Below, one piece after another: positions 44,468 to 54,166 of a stretch of DNA of 64,000 nucleotides; the first letter of the stretch is position 1; every line of letters begins with the position of its first letter. The notes under the pieces are model-generated. The model had not been told where the DNA came from. It ran no database searches and saw nothing but the letters and a program-made list of their open reading frames with translations. The stretch lies in the NCBI GenBank assembly GCA_038867895.1, contig JAWBXL010000001.1, positions 19,334-83,333 on the forward strand, in the 5' to 3' direction. The position numbers and the translations under genes were made by a program. This DNA is from Candidatus Bathyarchaeia archaeon. GTDB taxonomy: Archaea > Thermoproteota > Bathyarchaeia > Bathyarchaeales > DTEX01.

Positions 44468-45481
44468 CTAAACGCCCTGCTGCGACTCAAGTGAGATAAA
44501 TGTTACTTGTGGTGGCTCTTTACTCATCCTTCTTGGCGGTCTAGCAGGGTATCTTAATCTTACTAGTCTTTTTGCTGGCCCTGGAATGCTTCCACCTAAT
44601 AATATATATGTTCCTTTAACTATACCGTAATGCAGGAAGCCACCTTTAGGTGTTATCTCTTTTCCATTTTTTCCAATCTTTATTATCCTCTTATTATATT
44701 CTGTTCTTTGATGATATCCCATTTGTCCAGCCCTTGGAACAGCATATATAACCCTTTTCATGCCTATGGCACCCAGCGTCCCAACGCCACGCTCTGTCTT
44801 ACGGGATTTATGCTGTAAGGTTCTTACGCCCCACCTTTTTATTGGACCCTGAATCCCCTTACCCTTAGTTATCGCTACAACATCAACATATTGCCCCTCT
44901 TTGAAGATTTCCTCGATGGAAACCGTCTTACCCAAAATCTTCTTAACATACTCGAACTGCTCCCTTAAAGTTCCTCCGCCAACTTTAATCTCCATTAAAT
45001 CCGGCTTCTTCTTTGGGACGCTAGTTAATCTTGGCTGTGTGGCTGCCAGAACCCTGAACTCGACGATTTTATCTAGAACGTCTTCTATTCTTTTTAGGCC
45101 ATCTTCAGTCTTCTTCTCATTATAATCTTTTGGAGGAATTATAGTCCTCTCCATATCCTTAGGCAGTAAAGAGGCCCAGACTTCAGTTAAGGTTTTTAGT
45201 CCATTCTCATCTCGCGTGTATGCACGGACCGCAGCTATATACATTGGCGGCGCATCTATAATAGTGGCAGGCTGAACAATCTCCTTGCCAAAATTTATTG
45301 ATCCTGGCTCATCATCGACCATAACAACATAGGTCATACCAGCTTTATATCCAGCGAAGCCTAGTAATACTGGGCCCTCTTTAACCTCAGGCCAATACCT
45401 TATCCTACCAATTGGACGTGAAGCCCTAGCCCTAGGCAGATATGCTAGTGAACCTTTCCTAGGAGCATGATGCTTTGGCAT
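44468..45481 (-). CDS. rpl3: 50S ribosomal protein uL3
   Basis: 337-aa ORF with N-terminus MPKHHAPRKGSLAYLPR and FAGYKAGMT. Confidence 0.95.
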   Translation of the reverse strand: MPKHHAPRKGSLAYLPRARASRPIGRIRYWPEVKEGPVLLGFAGYKAGMTYVVMVDDEPGSINFGKEIVQPATIIDAPPMYIAAVRAYTRDENGLKTLTEVWASLLPKDMERTIIPPKDYNEKKTEDGLKRIEDVLDKIVEFRVLAATQPRLTSVPKKKPDLMEIKVGGGTLREQFEYVKKILGKTVSIEEIFKEGQYVDVVAITKGKGIQGPIKRWGVRTLQHKSRKTERGVGTLGAIGMKRVIYAVPRAGQMGYHQRTEYNKRIIKIGKNGKEITPKGGFLHYGIVKGTYILLGGSIPGPAKRLVRLRYPARPPRRMSKEPPQVTFISLESQQGV

Positions 45482-45573
45482 ACCACGTAACCTTCATCTT
45501 ATTATTTTTAGCTTTGCTGGCTTGTCTCTCATCAAATAAGAAAATGAGGTTATAAACCTTTCTCTTATAAAAC

Positions 45574-45608
45574 AATCTTTTTAGGAAGAAAAAGAATCTT
45601 TTTAGGAA
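45574..45608. repeat. Tandem 14-nt direct repeat AATCTTTTTAGGAA x2, 21-nt phase, in the rpl3/nadC divergent intergenic region
   Basis: Exact copies at 45574-45587 and 45595-45608. Confidence 0.5.
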
Positions 45609-45722
45609 ATTTTATCTCAAAAATCTCATACAATCACATAGATTTTTCTGGAAGAATAAGCGTTATGGGATCTAGGTAAAGTTTATGTATTAGGTTTATA
45701 GGAAAACTATGGGTGATGGGCA

Positions 45723-46586
45723 TTGAATCTTCCAGAGACATTGTTAAGGGAGAAAATTAAGAGTTTCCTTGAAGAGGATATAGGTTTAGGCGATGTAACA
45801 ACGGAGATCGTAGTTCCAAAAGGAATCAAAGTTCGCGCACAGATAATCGTGAAAGAGCCATCGGTTGTGGCAGGGCTCAATGAAGCAAAAATAATATTTG
45901 ATGTAGTCGGCGCGAGGTTCTTAGCAAATGTTGAGGAGGGCGATGAGGTTCCGCCTGGCACTCCTATAGCAGTAGTTGAGGGTGATGGAAGATGTATTCT
46001 TTTGGCTGAGAGGACGGTGTTGAACCTCCTTTCAAGGATGAGTGGAATAGCCACCGAGACAAGAAGCCTAATTAAGAAGGTTAGGGAAGCAGGATTTAAT
46101 GTACGTATAGCCGCAACCAGAAAAACTGCTCCTGGATTAAGATATTTTGATAAGAGAGCCGTTATAATTGGTGGGGGAGACCCGCATAGATTTAGACTTG
46201 ACGATCAGATACTCATCAAGGATAATCATATTGTTATTGCCGGCGGCTTAGAGGAGGCCTTAAAAAGAGCGCTTTCTTCCGCGAGCTTCTCAAAAAAGAT
46301 CGAAGTTGAGGCTAAAACTGTGGATGAAGCCATTAAGGCGGCTAGGCTGGGCGCCGATATAATAATGCTAGATAACATGAGCGTTGATGAGGTACAGAAA
46401 GTAGTTAATGCGCTTAAGGATCTTGGCTTAAGAGATAAAATTCTCATAGAAGTTTCCGGGGAAATAACAAAGGATAACATTTTAGAGTATGTAAGACTTG
46501 GCCCAGATATAATCTCTGTTGGAGCCATTACGCACTCTGTTAAGTCTATTGATATGAGCTTGGAAGTTATTGAAGTTGAAAGATGA
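45723..46586 (+). CDS. nadC: Nicotinate-nucleotide pyrophosphorylase (quinolinate phosphoribosyltransferase)
   Basis: 287-aa ORF with ATRKTAPGLR, GGGDPHRFRLDD and IMLDNM. Confidence 0.9.
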   Translation: MNLPETLLREKIKSFLEEDIGLGDVTTEIVVPKGIKVRAQIIVKEPSVVAGLNEAKIIFDVVGARFLANVEEGDEVPPGTPIAVVEGDGRCILLAERTVLNLLSRMSGIATETRSLIKKVREAGFNVRIAATRKTAPGLRYFDKRAVIIGGGDPHRFRLDDQILIKDNHIVIAGGLEEALKRALSSASFSKKIEVEAKTVDEAIKAARLGADIIMLDNMSVDEVQKVVNALKDLGLRDKILIEVSGEITKDNILEYVRLGPDIISVGAITHSVKSIDMSLEVIEVER

Positions 46587-46587
46587 T

Positions 46588-47811
46588 CTAAGATATTTTC
46601 TTTACAGATCTCTTAATAACTTCTATAATTATGGGCGCTGGTGCATCGGTTTTTATTCCCCTAGCATTAAAATGTGTCCGCGAAGCCCTATAATTCATGC
46701 CTAAAAGACCGTTAATAACTTCTTTTAATGAAGGTGTAGGTATACCCATTTTATCGCAGATTTCATCGATAACGTAATAGGTGATGGGTGCATCAGCTTC
46801 ACTCTTCAGTGAAGATACTATTTTTCTAGTCTCATGGCATATATGACTAAAATCTTTCCTCTCCAAATTTTCCTCTAATTTGTTGCAGAAATTCTTATCG
46901 GCTATTTTCCCAAGCCATAAGGGTCCAGCGGTCTTTAAGGTGGAGTTGCACCGCGGGCATCTGGAATCACGCCCAATTAATAAGATATCTTGAGCGGTCT
47001 CCCTGTAAAAGCACTTAGAGCAGTGCAATATATAGCCTATATTCTTTAGGGCTTCATCTGCCTTCTTAGCGCCATACTCGATTAAAGCATATATTCTGAC
47101 GTAGTGTCTTGTGCTATGGCTAAATAATACTTTTATCCCAATATTATGTTTAGCAGCGGTCCATGCTAAGCAGCTAGCAAGGAGCCTTATTGCTATTTCG
47201 TGGCAATACTCAGTCCTCAAGGATAAGCCACCGTACTTTCTTAAGGCTACCCTCGGATAAACCCCGCATAATGAAGCCATATCGGTCGCCGTTAAGGCTA
47301 GTAGCCCCCTATCTTTTAACGCCCTAATGGCTGAGTCAAGGTATGGTACTGGAGAGCCGAATGGGTCTATATCTATAAAGTCAAACCTATCACCTGGAGC
47401 GGCATGCTTGCTGAGGAAAAGGTTTGCGTCCTCATTTGACACAAAAATTTTCTCTTCAAGATTATTTAAGTGAACATTGTATTTGGCGAGATGATATGCT
47501 CTCTCATTTATATCGTTAATATATATGCTTTTTATACCCTTAACTTCCCTAGCGAATCTAATCCCTCTGACGCCACAGCCAGCTAATGGTTCAGAGATGT
47601 TTAGGTCTCTATTGACAATATTTTGATAAGATTGTAAAGCCAGAACAGCTATGTCCCTACAAGTTCTCATCCGAGGATTATAGAATACTGGGGCCCTAGC
47701 AGGAGCATAATCCCAGAATCCCCTCTTAAAAGACTCAAGCCTTGGAACAGCTATATCAACGATTCCCTCACAGATTATCTCTATGGGAAAATCCAGATTC
47801 AAGTTTTCCAT
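46588..47811 (-). CDS. trm1: tRNA (guanine26-N2)-dimethyltransferase Trm1
   Basis: 407-aa ORF with FYNPRMRTCRD, IDIDPFGSP and a Zn-finger CSKC...CPRC. Confidence 0.9.
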   Translation of the reverse strand: MENLNLDFPIEIICEGIVDIAVPRLESFKRGFWDYAPARAPVFYNPRMRTCRDIAVLALQSYQNIVNRDLNISEPLAGCGVRGIRFAREVKGIKSIYINDINERAYHLAKYNVHLNNLEEKIFVSNEDANLFLSKHAAPGDRFDFIDIDPFGSPVPYLDSAIRALKDRGLLALTATDMASLCGVYPRVALRKYGGLSLRTEYCHEIAIRLLASCLAWTAAKHNIGIKVLFSHSTRHYVRIYALIEYGAKKADEALKNIGYILHCSKCFYRETAQDILLIGRDSRCPRCNSTLKTAGPLWLGKIADKNFCNKLEENLERKDFSHICHETRKIVSSLKSEADAPITYYVIDEICDKMGIPTPSLKEVINGLLGMNYRASRTHFNARGIKTDAPAPIIIEVIKRSVKKIS

Positions 47812-47921
47812 TTATTTATTCTCCTCTTCAAATGAAATATTAACGAGGGAAATTTATTTTGTGGGATCTAATTAACTGTAAAATACTTATAGTATATTAG
47901 GAATGGAACTTTAAAGTTATA

Positions 47922-48983
47922 GTGATCCTTATGTGGGTTAATGAGTTGAGAAAGGATTATATAATAGATAGGTGGGTTGTGATCGCGACGCAGAGAAGGG
48001 GAAGACCCTCAGATTTTATAGAGAGATGCCCTGAGGAGAGAAGAGATGCTACGTGTCCATTCTGCCCAGGGAATGAACATCTAACCCCACCAGCATCCCT
48101 CGTCTACCTAATAGATAACAATGGTAAAATAAGGAAAGACAAGGATAAAGATAGCGAGCGACATAAAAATTGGATCGTTAGGTGCTTCCCAAACCTTTAT
48201 CCAGCATTCTCACCGGAGAGAGTGAGTGCGGAATCTAAACCCGAGGAGCACAGATATGCTCGTTTGGGGGCGTTGGGTTACCATGAAGTCCTTGTTGAGT
48301 CACCGAACCACGACGAGCATCCTGGTGTGGCTAGAGTTGGTCAATTAATCCACGTGATAAGCGCGCTTAAAGACAGAGCATCATTCTTTGTAACAAAGGA
48401 TTTTGTAAAATATGTATCAATATTCAGGAATCATGGCGCTAGCGCTGGCGCTTCGCTCTCCCATGCGCATATGCAGATAATAGCTATGCCTATAGTTCCA
48501 AAAATAGTTTTAGAGGAATTTGTTGTTAGCAAAAGGTATTATGAGAATAATAATAAATGTATCTTCTGTAGCATAATAAGCGAGGAGCGAGGGACTGAAC
48601 GCTTCATATATGAAAATAATGATTTTATCGTCTTTGCTCCGTGGGCCTCGATAAACCCATTTGAGTTCTGGATATTCCCTAAAAAACACCAGTCCTCCAT
48701 ATTAGATCTCAAAGAAAATGAGACAAGAAGTTTTGCGGAGGTTCTTAGGCTTAGTTTAGGCGGGCTTAAAAATCTACTTAATGATCCCCCATACAATCTG
48801 GGATTCCACATGATGCTTGAGGAACATTACCATTGGCATGTCGAGGTTTACCCAAGGCTATCTATATGGGCTGGCTTCGAGAAGAGTACCGGAGTCTACA
48901 TTAACGTTGTGCCTCCAGAGGAGGCTGCTAAGTACTTAAGAGAATCATTTGATTTAGAAAGGAGAAATCCTCTACTAAATTAA
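47922..48983 (+). CDS. galT: Galactose-1-phosphate uridylyltransferase-like HIT-family enzyme
   Basis: 353-aa ORF with N-terminal CPFCPGNE and histidine triad-like SLSHAHMQIIAMP. Confidence 0.8.
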   Translation: MILMWVNELRKDYIIDRWVVIATQRRGRPSDFIERCPEERRDATCPFCPGNEHLTPPASLVYLIDNNGKIRKDKDKDSERHKNWIVRCFPNLYPAFSPERVSAESKPEEHRYARLGALGYHEVLVESPNHDEHPGVARVGQLIHVISALKDRASFFVTKDFVKYVSIFRNHGASAGASLSHAHMQIIAMPIVPKIVLEEFVVSKRYYENNNKCIFCSIISEERGTERFIYENNDFIVFAPWASINPFEFWIFPKKHQSSILDLKENETRSFAEVLRLSLGGLKNLLNDPPYNLGFHMMLEEHYHWHVEVYPRLSIWAGFEKSTGVYINVVPPEEAAKYLRESFDLERRNPLLN

Positions 48984-49058
48984 CTGCGCATTAACATACA
49001 AGTTATTTAAAAATAAAATTATTGAGTTGTTGAGCGAATATTGTTGTTCTATGATTGA

Positions 49059-49316
49059 TTAACTATAGATGCTAAGGACTTTTCTTATTCCATCAATGGT
49101 CACAAAGTATTTTTTGGTTCTCTCACCAGCCCTGACCTCAGCGTATCCCTTTTCTATAAGCCTATTGAGATTCTCCTCAATCTTTTGCTTCTCCATAGAT
49201 GCCCAACGCGATATTTCCTCAATTGAAAGAGCCCTTTCTGGATCTATCGCGCCAATGTTATGTAGGATATATAGAAGATACATGTCATCTGTTATTTGTG
49301 TTATTTTATCTCGCAT
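49059..49316 (-). CDS. Small winged-helix DNA-binding protein
   Basis: 85-aa ORF with LSIEEISRWASMEKQKIEENLNRLIEKGY. Confidence 0.55.
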   Translation of the reverse strand: MRDKITQITDDMYLLYILHNIGAIDPERALSIEEISRWASMEKQKIEENLNRLIEKGYAEVRAGERTKKYFVTIDGIRKVLSIYS

Positions 49317-49321
49317 AAAAC

Positions 49322-50488
49322 TTACTCCTCAAGAGTTTTCTTGTAAACCTCTACGGTTCTCTTCGCCACAGCCTCCCAACTATACGCTTCACGAACCTTC
49401 TTTTTAGCGTTTTGTGCAAGCCAATGTGCATAACTAGGATCAGATAAGATTTTATTCACACCCCATGCTATTGAGTCTGGGCTCTCCTTATAGGCTAGAA
49501 AACCGGTCCTATCATGTTCAATTATCTCCGCTAAACCGCCAACATTACTTGCAACTACAGGGATTCCAGCAGCCATCCCTTCCAGAGCAACTATTCCGAA
49601 GGGCTCATAAACTGATGGAACCACCAGAACGTCTGAGCTTAGGGTCAGCTCAATCGTATCCTGATCACTTAGAAATCCCAGAAATGTTATTTTGTGAGAG
49701 TACCCTGTGGAATATGCTAAGTTCCAGAGGTTATCCTTAATCCAGCCATTCCCAACTATAATTATTCTAGCCTCTGGGTGCTGATCAAATATTTTTGGTG
49801 CCGCCATAATCAAGTATTCTACACCCTTCTGTGGAACGAGTCTCCCGATAAAAAGGACTATTCTCTCGCTTGGGTCTATACCAAGTCTCCTCTTAACGCT
49901 GTTGCGGTCTACATTAATCTCGTATTTTGATATATCGATGCCGTTTGGTATAACTTCTATCTTCTCGCTTGGTAAGCGGAAGTGCTCTTCAACCTCGCTC
50001 TTCATCGCGTAGCTTGCCACAATAATTCTCTTCGACTCGTAAGTTAGCCACCACTCAAACCCGTCGATCAGAAATGAGTCTGGGCTATGAAGGCCCTGAG
50101 CCCTACCTACCTCAGTACTATGTATTGTTGAGACAAGCGGCGCCCCTAAATAATGTTTTGAAGATATACTTGCAGGTGCGACAAGCCAATCATGAGCGTG
50201 AATTATATCAAACTTCTCATGCTTACTAACGTCAGCAATCCTCTTCTCCATAAAATGATTAAACAACAGCGTCCAGGTGATGAAGTTTGGGTGCCCCAAT
50301 TCTATAGGAACCCTATGAATTTTTTCACCATCTATTTCTTCATAGGAGGGTGCGCCGGGGAACTCTAAAGTAATTATGTGAATGGTATGCCCCTTTTTGG
50401 CAATTTCTCTCGCTAGACCCTCACAATGTCTTGATATCCCACCAACTATTCTCGGCGGGTACTCCCATGAAAGCATGCAAATGTTCAT
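49322..50488 (-). CDS. Glycosyltransferase family 4 (GT-B)
   Basis: 388-aa ORF with GG(I/L)..H N-terminal motif and EPFGIVALEGMAAGIPVV. Confidence 0.85.
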   Translation of the reverse strand: MNICMLSWEYPPRIVGGISRHCEGLAREIAKKGHTIHIITLEFPGAPSYEEIDGEKIHRVPIELGHPNFITWTLLFNHFMEKRIADVSKHEKFDIIHAHDWLVAPASISSKHYLGAPLVSTIHSTEVGRAQGLHSPDSFLIDGFEWWLTYESKRIIVASYAMKSEVEEHFRLPSEKIEVIPNGIDISKYEINVDRNSVKRRLGIDPSERIVLFIGRLVPQKGVEYLIMAAPKIFDQHPEARIIIVGNGWIKDNLWNLAYSTGYSHKITFLGFLSDQDTIELTLSSDVLVVPSVYEPFGIVALEGMAAGIPVVASNVGGLAEIIEHDRTGFLAYKESPDSIAWGVNKILSDPSYAHWLAQNAKKKVREAYSWEAVAKRTVEVYKKTLEE

Positions 50489-50619
50489 CTAGTCGACACG
50501 CTTACCTCATGAGAAAAATAAATGTACGCAATGATATTAAGTTTCCTGCAGGTCTAATCGAGCCAAAAAATTAAGCAAAAAATGTTTTTCCCAATACTCA
50601 AAATTTTTAAGTGATAAAG

Positions 50620-51882
50620 TTATGGAACAACTTCTTTATATACTCTGATAGTGTTTTCGGCAACTTTCCTCCATGTAAACATTTCTAATACTCTCTTCCT
50701 AGCGTTCTCGCCACATATTTTTCTAAGTTCCTCATCCTCTAGGAGAATCACTACAAACTTTGCTATGTCGCTTGGGTCATAGGGGTTTATATGAAAGCCA
50801 GTTTGATGTGGTCCAGACGGAATAACTTGCTCCCTCATACCACTTATGCCGCGGGCGCCGACGACGACTGGTTTACCCATACTCATCGCCTCGGTGCAGA
50901 CTATTCCGAATGGCTCATATTTTGATGGAAAGACGCAGACGTCTGCTGCTGCATAATATTTTATCCTTAAGTCTTCTGGCAAAAACTCGTACTTAAATAT
51001 GACTTTACCATTAAGGTTTAATCTAGCAACTTCTTCTTTCAGTAGCTCCTCTTGCTCTCCGACACCAACTATAACTAGCCTAGCTTTTGGCACGCGGCTT
51101 AAAATTTCCGGCATCGCCAGCACGAGCGTATCTGCACCTTTAACCCACGTTAGCCTTCCTATAAACAGTATCATGTATTCGTCATCAGCTATTCCTAGGC
51201 TTCTTCTTATGGCCATGGCTTCCTCCCAAGGCACGCTTTCGGGAGAATATTTCTCAGTATCTATGCCATTATATACAACTCGAATCTTCTTTTCATCATA
51301 GCCTAAGCTTACAAGGTGATCCCTCATGGCATAGCTTACTGTTATTATTCTCTCGGCGTAGCCTGCTGCGATCCGCTCTAAACGCTTTATTGTGTTTGAG
51401 CCGTCGCCAGTTCTCCCTTGCTCAGTGCTATGTACGTGGAACATAAGGGGCTTACCTAGTCCCCTGCTCGCTAATATTCCACCTATCGAACCAAGCCAGT
51501 CATGCGCTGCAATTAAGTCTACTTTCCTCTTTTCCGTCCTTACTAAATCATTTACTAGCTTGCTAGCTGATAATATGTTATAGAGGAAGATATCCCCGAA
51601 AAACTTCTTTCCATTCTCACTCCATCGTTGTATTTCCTCTGGTATAAACATTGGCAGTAGTAGGCTGATGTTCATGTTCTCAACTATTGGCCTATGTACC
51701 TCCACTCCCCCATATATATCTCTTGTCGGAGCATCCTTCGTATGCATGGCGAAAACAGTCACATCATGCCCCATTTTAACAAATTCCCTCGTTATATATT
51801 CGGCATATGTCCCAAGCCCACCTACGAGATACGGAGGATATTCGTAAGTAAAGAATACTATTTCCATGAGGATTTCTCCCAA
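50620..51882 (-). CDS. Glycosyltransferase family 4 (glycogen/trehalose-synthase-like)
   Basis: 420-aa ORF with YEYPPYLVGGLGTY and YEPFGIVCTEAMSMGKPVV. Confidence 0.85.
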   Translation of the reverse strand: MGEILMEIVFFTYEYPPYLVGGLGTYAEYITREFVKMGHDVTVFAMHTKDAPTRDIYGGVEVHRPIVENMNISLLLPMFIPEEIQRWSENGKKFFGDIFLYNILSASKLVNDLVRTEKRKVDLIAAHDWLGSIGGILASRGLGKPLMFHVHSTEQGRTGDGSNTIKRLERIAAGYAERIITVSYAMRDHLVSLGYDEKKIRVVYNGIDTEKYSPESVPWEEAMAIRRSLGIADDEYMILFIGRLTWVKGADTLVLAMPEILSRVPKARLVIVGVGEQEELLKEEVARLNLNGKVIFKYEFLPEDLRIKYYAAADVCVFPSKYEPFGIVCTEAMSMGKPVVVGARGISGMREQVIPSGPHQTGFHINPYDPSDIAKFVVILLEDEELRKICGENARKRVLEMFTWRKVAENTIRVYKEVVP

Positions 51883-51980
51883 CTACAGAAAACAAGAAAC
51901 CTGAAGAATTTTAAATTTTTCCTAACATTTAGAAAAAGATTTAACAGGTATTCGCCCAGATATCTCATTGGGAGATATTT

Positions 51981-52217
51981 ATGTTGGCATTCGTGTTTGT
52001 TCGCGTTAATGTTGATGCCGTGTCAAAAGTTGCATCAAAAATAGCCGAGATCAATGGTGTCGAAGAGGTATATGAAGTCACGGGGGACATTGATATAATA
52101 GCGAAGGTATCAGCACAAAATGTTGATGAGCTAAGTAAGATAGTATTCAAAGTTAGGGAAATTGATGGTGTCCAGGGAACCGATACAAGGATTGTGTTAG
52201 TGAGCCATACCAGGTGA
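51981..52217 (+). CDS. Stand-alone Lrp/AsnC ligand-binding (RAM) domain protein
   Basis: 78-aa ORF with VNVDAVSKVASKIAEINGVEEVYEVTGDIDIIAKV. Confidence 0.7.
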   Translation: MLAFVFVRVNVDAVSKVASKIAEINGVEEVYEVTGDIDIIAKVSAQNVDELSKIVFKVREIDGVQGTDTRIVLVSHTR

Positions 52218-52486
52218 CGTTTCTGGGAGAGAAGCCGATTACCGAGCGCATAAAAAATATGCGGATAGCCGGCTTATCTAAGGAAGAAATTGTTAAGACT
52301 CTTTATCTTGAAAAGTATCCTATATCTAATATAACCGAGGCCTTGGGTCTCTCTTCTCAAGAGCTTTTTGCGATTAATGAGAATCTACGTTTATATCTTT
52401 TAAGGTGCCCTGTTGGCCACGGATTCCTCGATGACCCCGTTCTTCATGCTCCTAATGCACATTATTGTATTGAATGTAAGAGATAG
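52214..52486 (+). CDS. Hypothetical protein with HTH-like N-terminus and C-terminal Cys/His cluster
   Basis: 90-aa ORF with a GTG start overlapping the upstream stop. It ends CPVGH...HYCIECKR followed by TAG. Confidence 0.5.
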   Translation: MTFLGEKPITERIKNMRIAGLSKEEIVKTLYLEKYPISNITEALGLSSQELFAINENLRLYLLRCPVGHGFLDDPVLHAPNAHYCIECKR

Positions 52487-52594
52487 GTTGATGAGTCAAC
52501 ATTAAGAGATGAAATAGATCTTGAGATCAGAAGACTAAAGGAGAAGGAATCTTCAAGATAAGGATGATGATTCTAATCCCTCTTTCTCTCTTTT

Positions 52595-54166
52595 TTAACT
52601 TAATTTACCAAGTTCCTTTAATTCCTTCAATCTCTCTTCAAGTATGTTCAGCAGGGTCTTTTTAACGTTTTCTCCGTCATCCCTTAGTTTTTCAGGTAGA
52701 CTTGATATTTTGGCGGCGAGGTTTTCATCGCCAATAACTTCAGAGATCCATCTCTCAAAATCTCCTCTACTTAAGTGGAAGATTATTGAGTTAACGTTTA
52801 CCTTTTTTATTGCCTTGTAGAGGTCCTCAAGGCTTATGGCTAACACGTCTGTTGGAGAGCCCGCTCGGAGAAAGAACCTAAAGCCCTTACTTGGGGGTAC
52901 GCGCCTTAATAAGCGCCTATACTCTGATTCTGGTTTACTGGATTCCATTAGACACCTAGCCCAAAGATCCAATAGAATCTTCATGTATGTTTTAAATGCC
53001 TCTACTGGCCCCCCATATGGATTAAATATGTTGTGAACTATACCTGAACCCCCACCCTTAGTACACATGTAATGGAAGTGGTCACTTGTCTGCAGGTACC
53101 GCCAAACCCTAAGTAGATTAGGCTCATTCAGCTCCTTAATAATAAGCCCAACTTCATTAAGAAGGTCAAATGAGATTGCTTGTTGGGGGTTCCCTAACCA
53201 TGCGCTTAGGTCACGTTCAATGTCGGCCCACGAGATAGTGTTCTCCGGCGGTACATCTATTGTGTCGCATGGAGCATATTTCTGAACAACCTCTTTTGGA
53301 GTGGACCAGCATAAATTATCCCACTTTAAAGATTCTATTTGAAGCCACCTAAGAAACTCAAATATTCCACTCTCAGTCCAGAAATGCTCTCCAAAAGTCT
53401 CGTAATCAAGAAATACCGTTACAAGTTGACCCGACGTATGGGCCAGCCAAGTCACATATTTGTCTGCTGTTAGGGGCCACTGATCCCACAATGTTGACGT
53501 GAAGCGAAAACCTATGTCATCTGAAAGCCTATAATTACGTAGTAGAAGGTTGATTGAGGAGCCCTTTGCCCTATACACGTAATTTGGTGATCTCCAACCA
53601 AGTATCCTCTCAACCCCCTCTGTGATCACCGTCTTAAATCCAAGGGACTCGGCCACTTTGGCGACATTATTGTTATATATGCATTCGGTGTTCTCAAAAG
53701 TTTCCGGGGTATAACTGAATAAGTCTGCTATAGTTTGCTTTTGCATTTCAACCTGCTCAATAAACTCTGATTCATCACGATTATTTAGGCAAGCTAGCGA
53801 ATGATAATACGTTTGACTTATCAGTTCGGCGGAACCCGTTTCAGCAATTTGTTTAAAGAGCTCTAGTAAATCTGGATTCCATTTCTCACATTGATCAAGA
53901 AATGTCCCAGAAAAACTAAAGGAAACTTTGAATGGTTTTCCTCCTTTTCGAGATCTCTCTATCTGCTCTAAAATAATTTTGGTTGCCGGAAAATAGCATT
54001 TTTGAGAGATGCGCATGAAGATTTCCTTGTTCAGTTTCTGGTCAAAATAAATATCAAAAAGATCCTTTATACTAACATTTTTTAAACCAAGAGAGGCACT
54101 GAGTTCAAAATTACATTTCAATCTAAAGGGCTGATGGACCTCAAAAATCAGGCATATGTCAACCAA
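52595..54166 (-). CDS. Glycoside hydrolase family 57 (alpha-glucan-active)
   Basis: 523-aa ORF with N-terminus LIFEVHQPFRL and DYETFGEHFW, typical GH57 regions. Confidence 0.85.
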   Translation of the reverse strand: MVDICLIFEVHQPFRLKCNFELSASLGLKNVSIKDLFDIYFDQKLNKEIFMRISQKCYFPATKIILEQIERSRKGGKPFKVSFSFSGTFLDQCEKWNPDLLELFKQIAETGSAELISQTYYHSLACLNNRDESEFIEQVEMQKQTIADLFSYTPETFENTECIYNNNVAKVAESLGFKTVITEGVERILGWRSPNYVYRAKGSSINLLLRNYRLSDDIGFRFTSTLWDQWPLTADKYVTWLAHTSGQLVTVFLDYETFGEHFWTESGIFEFLRWLQIESLKWDNLCWSTPKEVVQKYAPCDTIDVPPENTISWADIERDLSAWLGNPQQAISFDLLNEVGLIIKELNEPNLLRVWRYLQTSDHFHYMCTKGGGSGIVHNIFNPYGGPVEAFKTYMKILLDLWARCLMESSKPESEYRRLLRRVPPSKGFRFFLRAGSPTDVLAISLEDLYKAIKKVNVNSIIFHLSRGDFERWISEVIGDENLAAKISSLPEKLRDDGENVKKTLLNILEERLKELKELGKLS

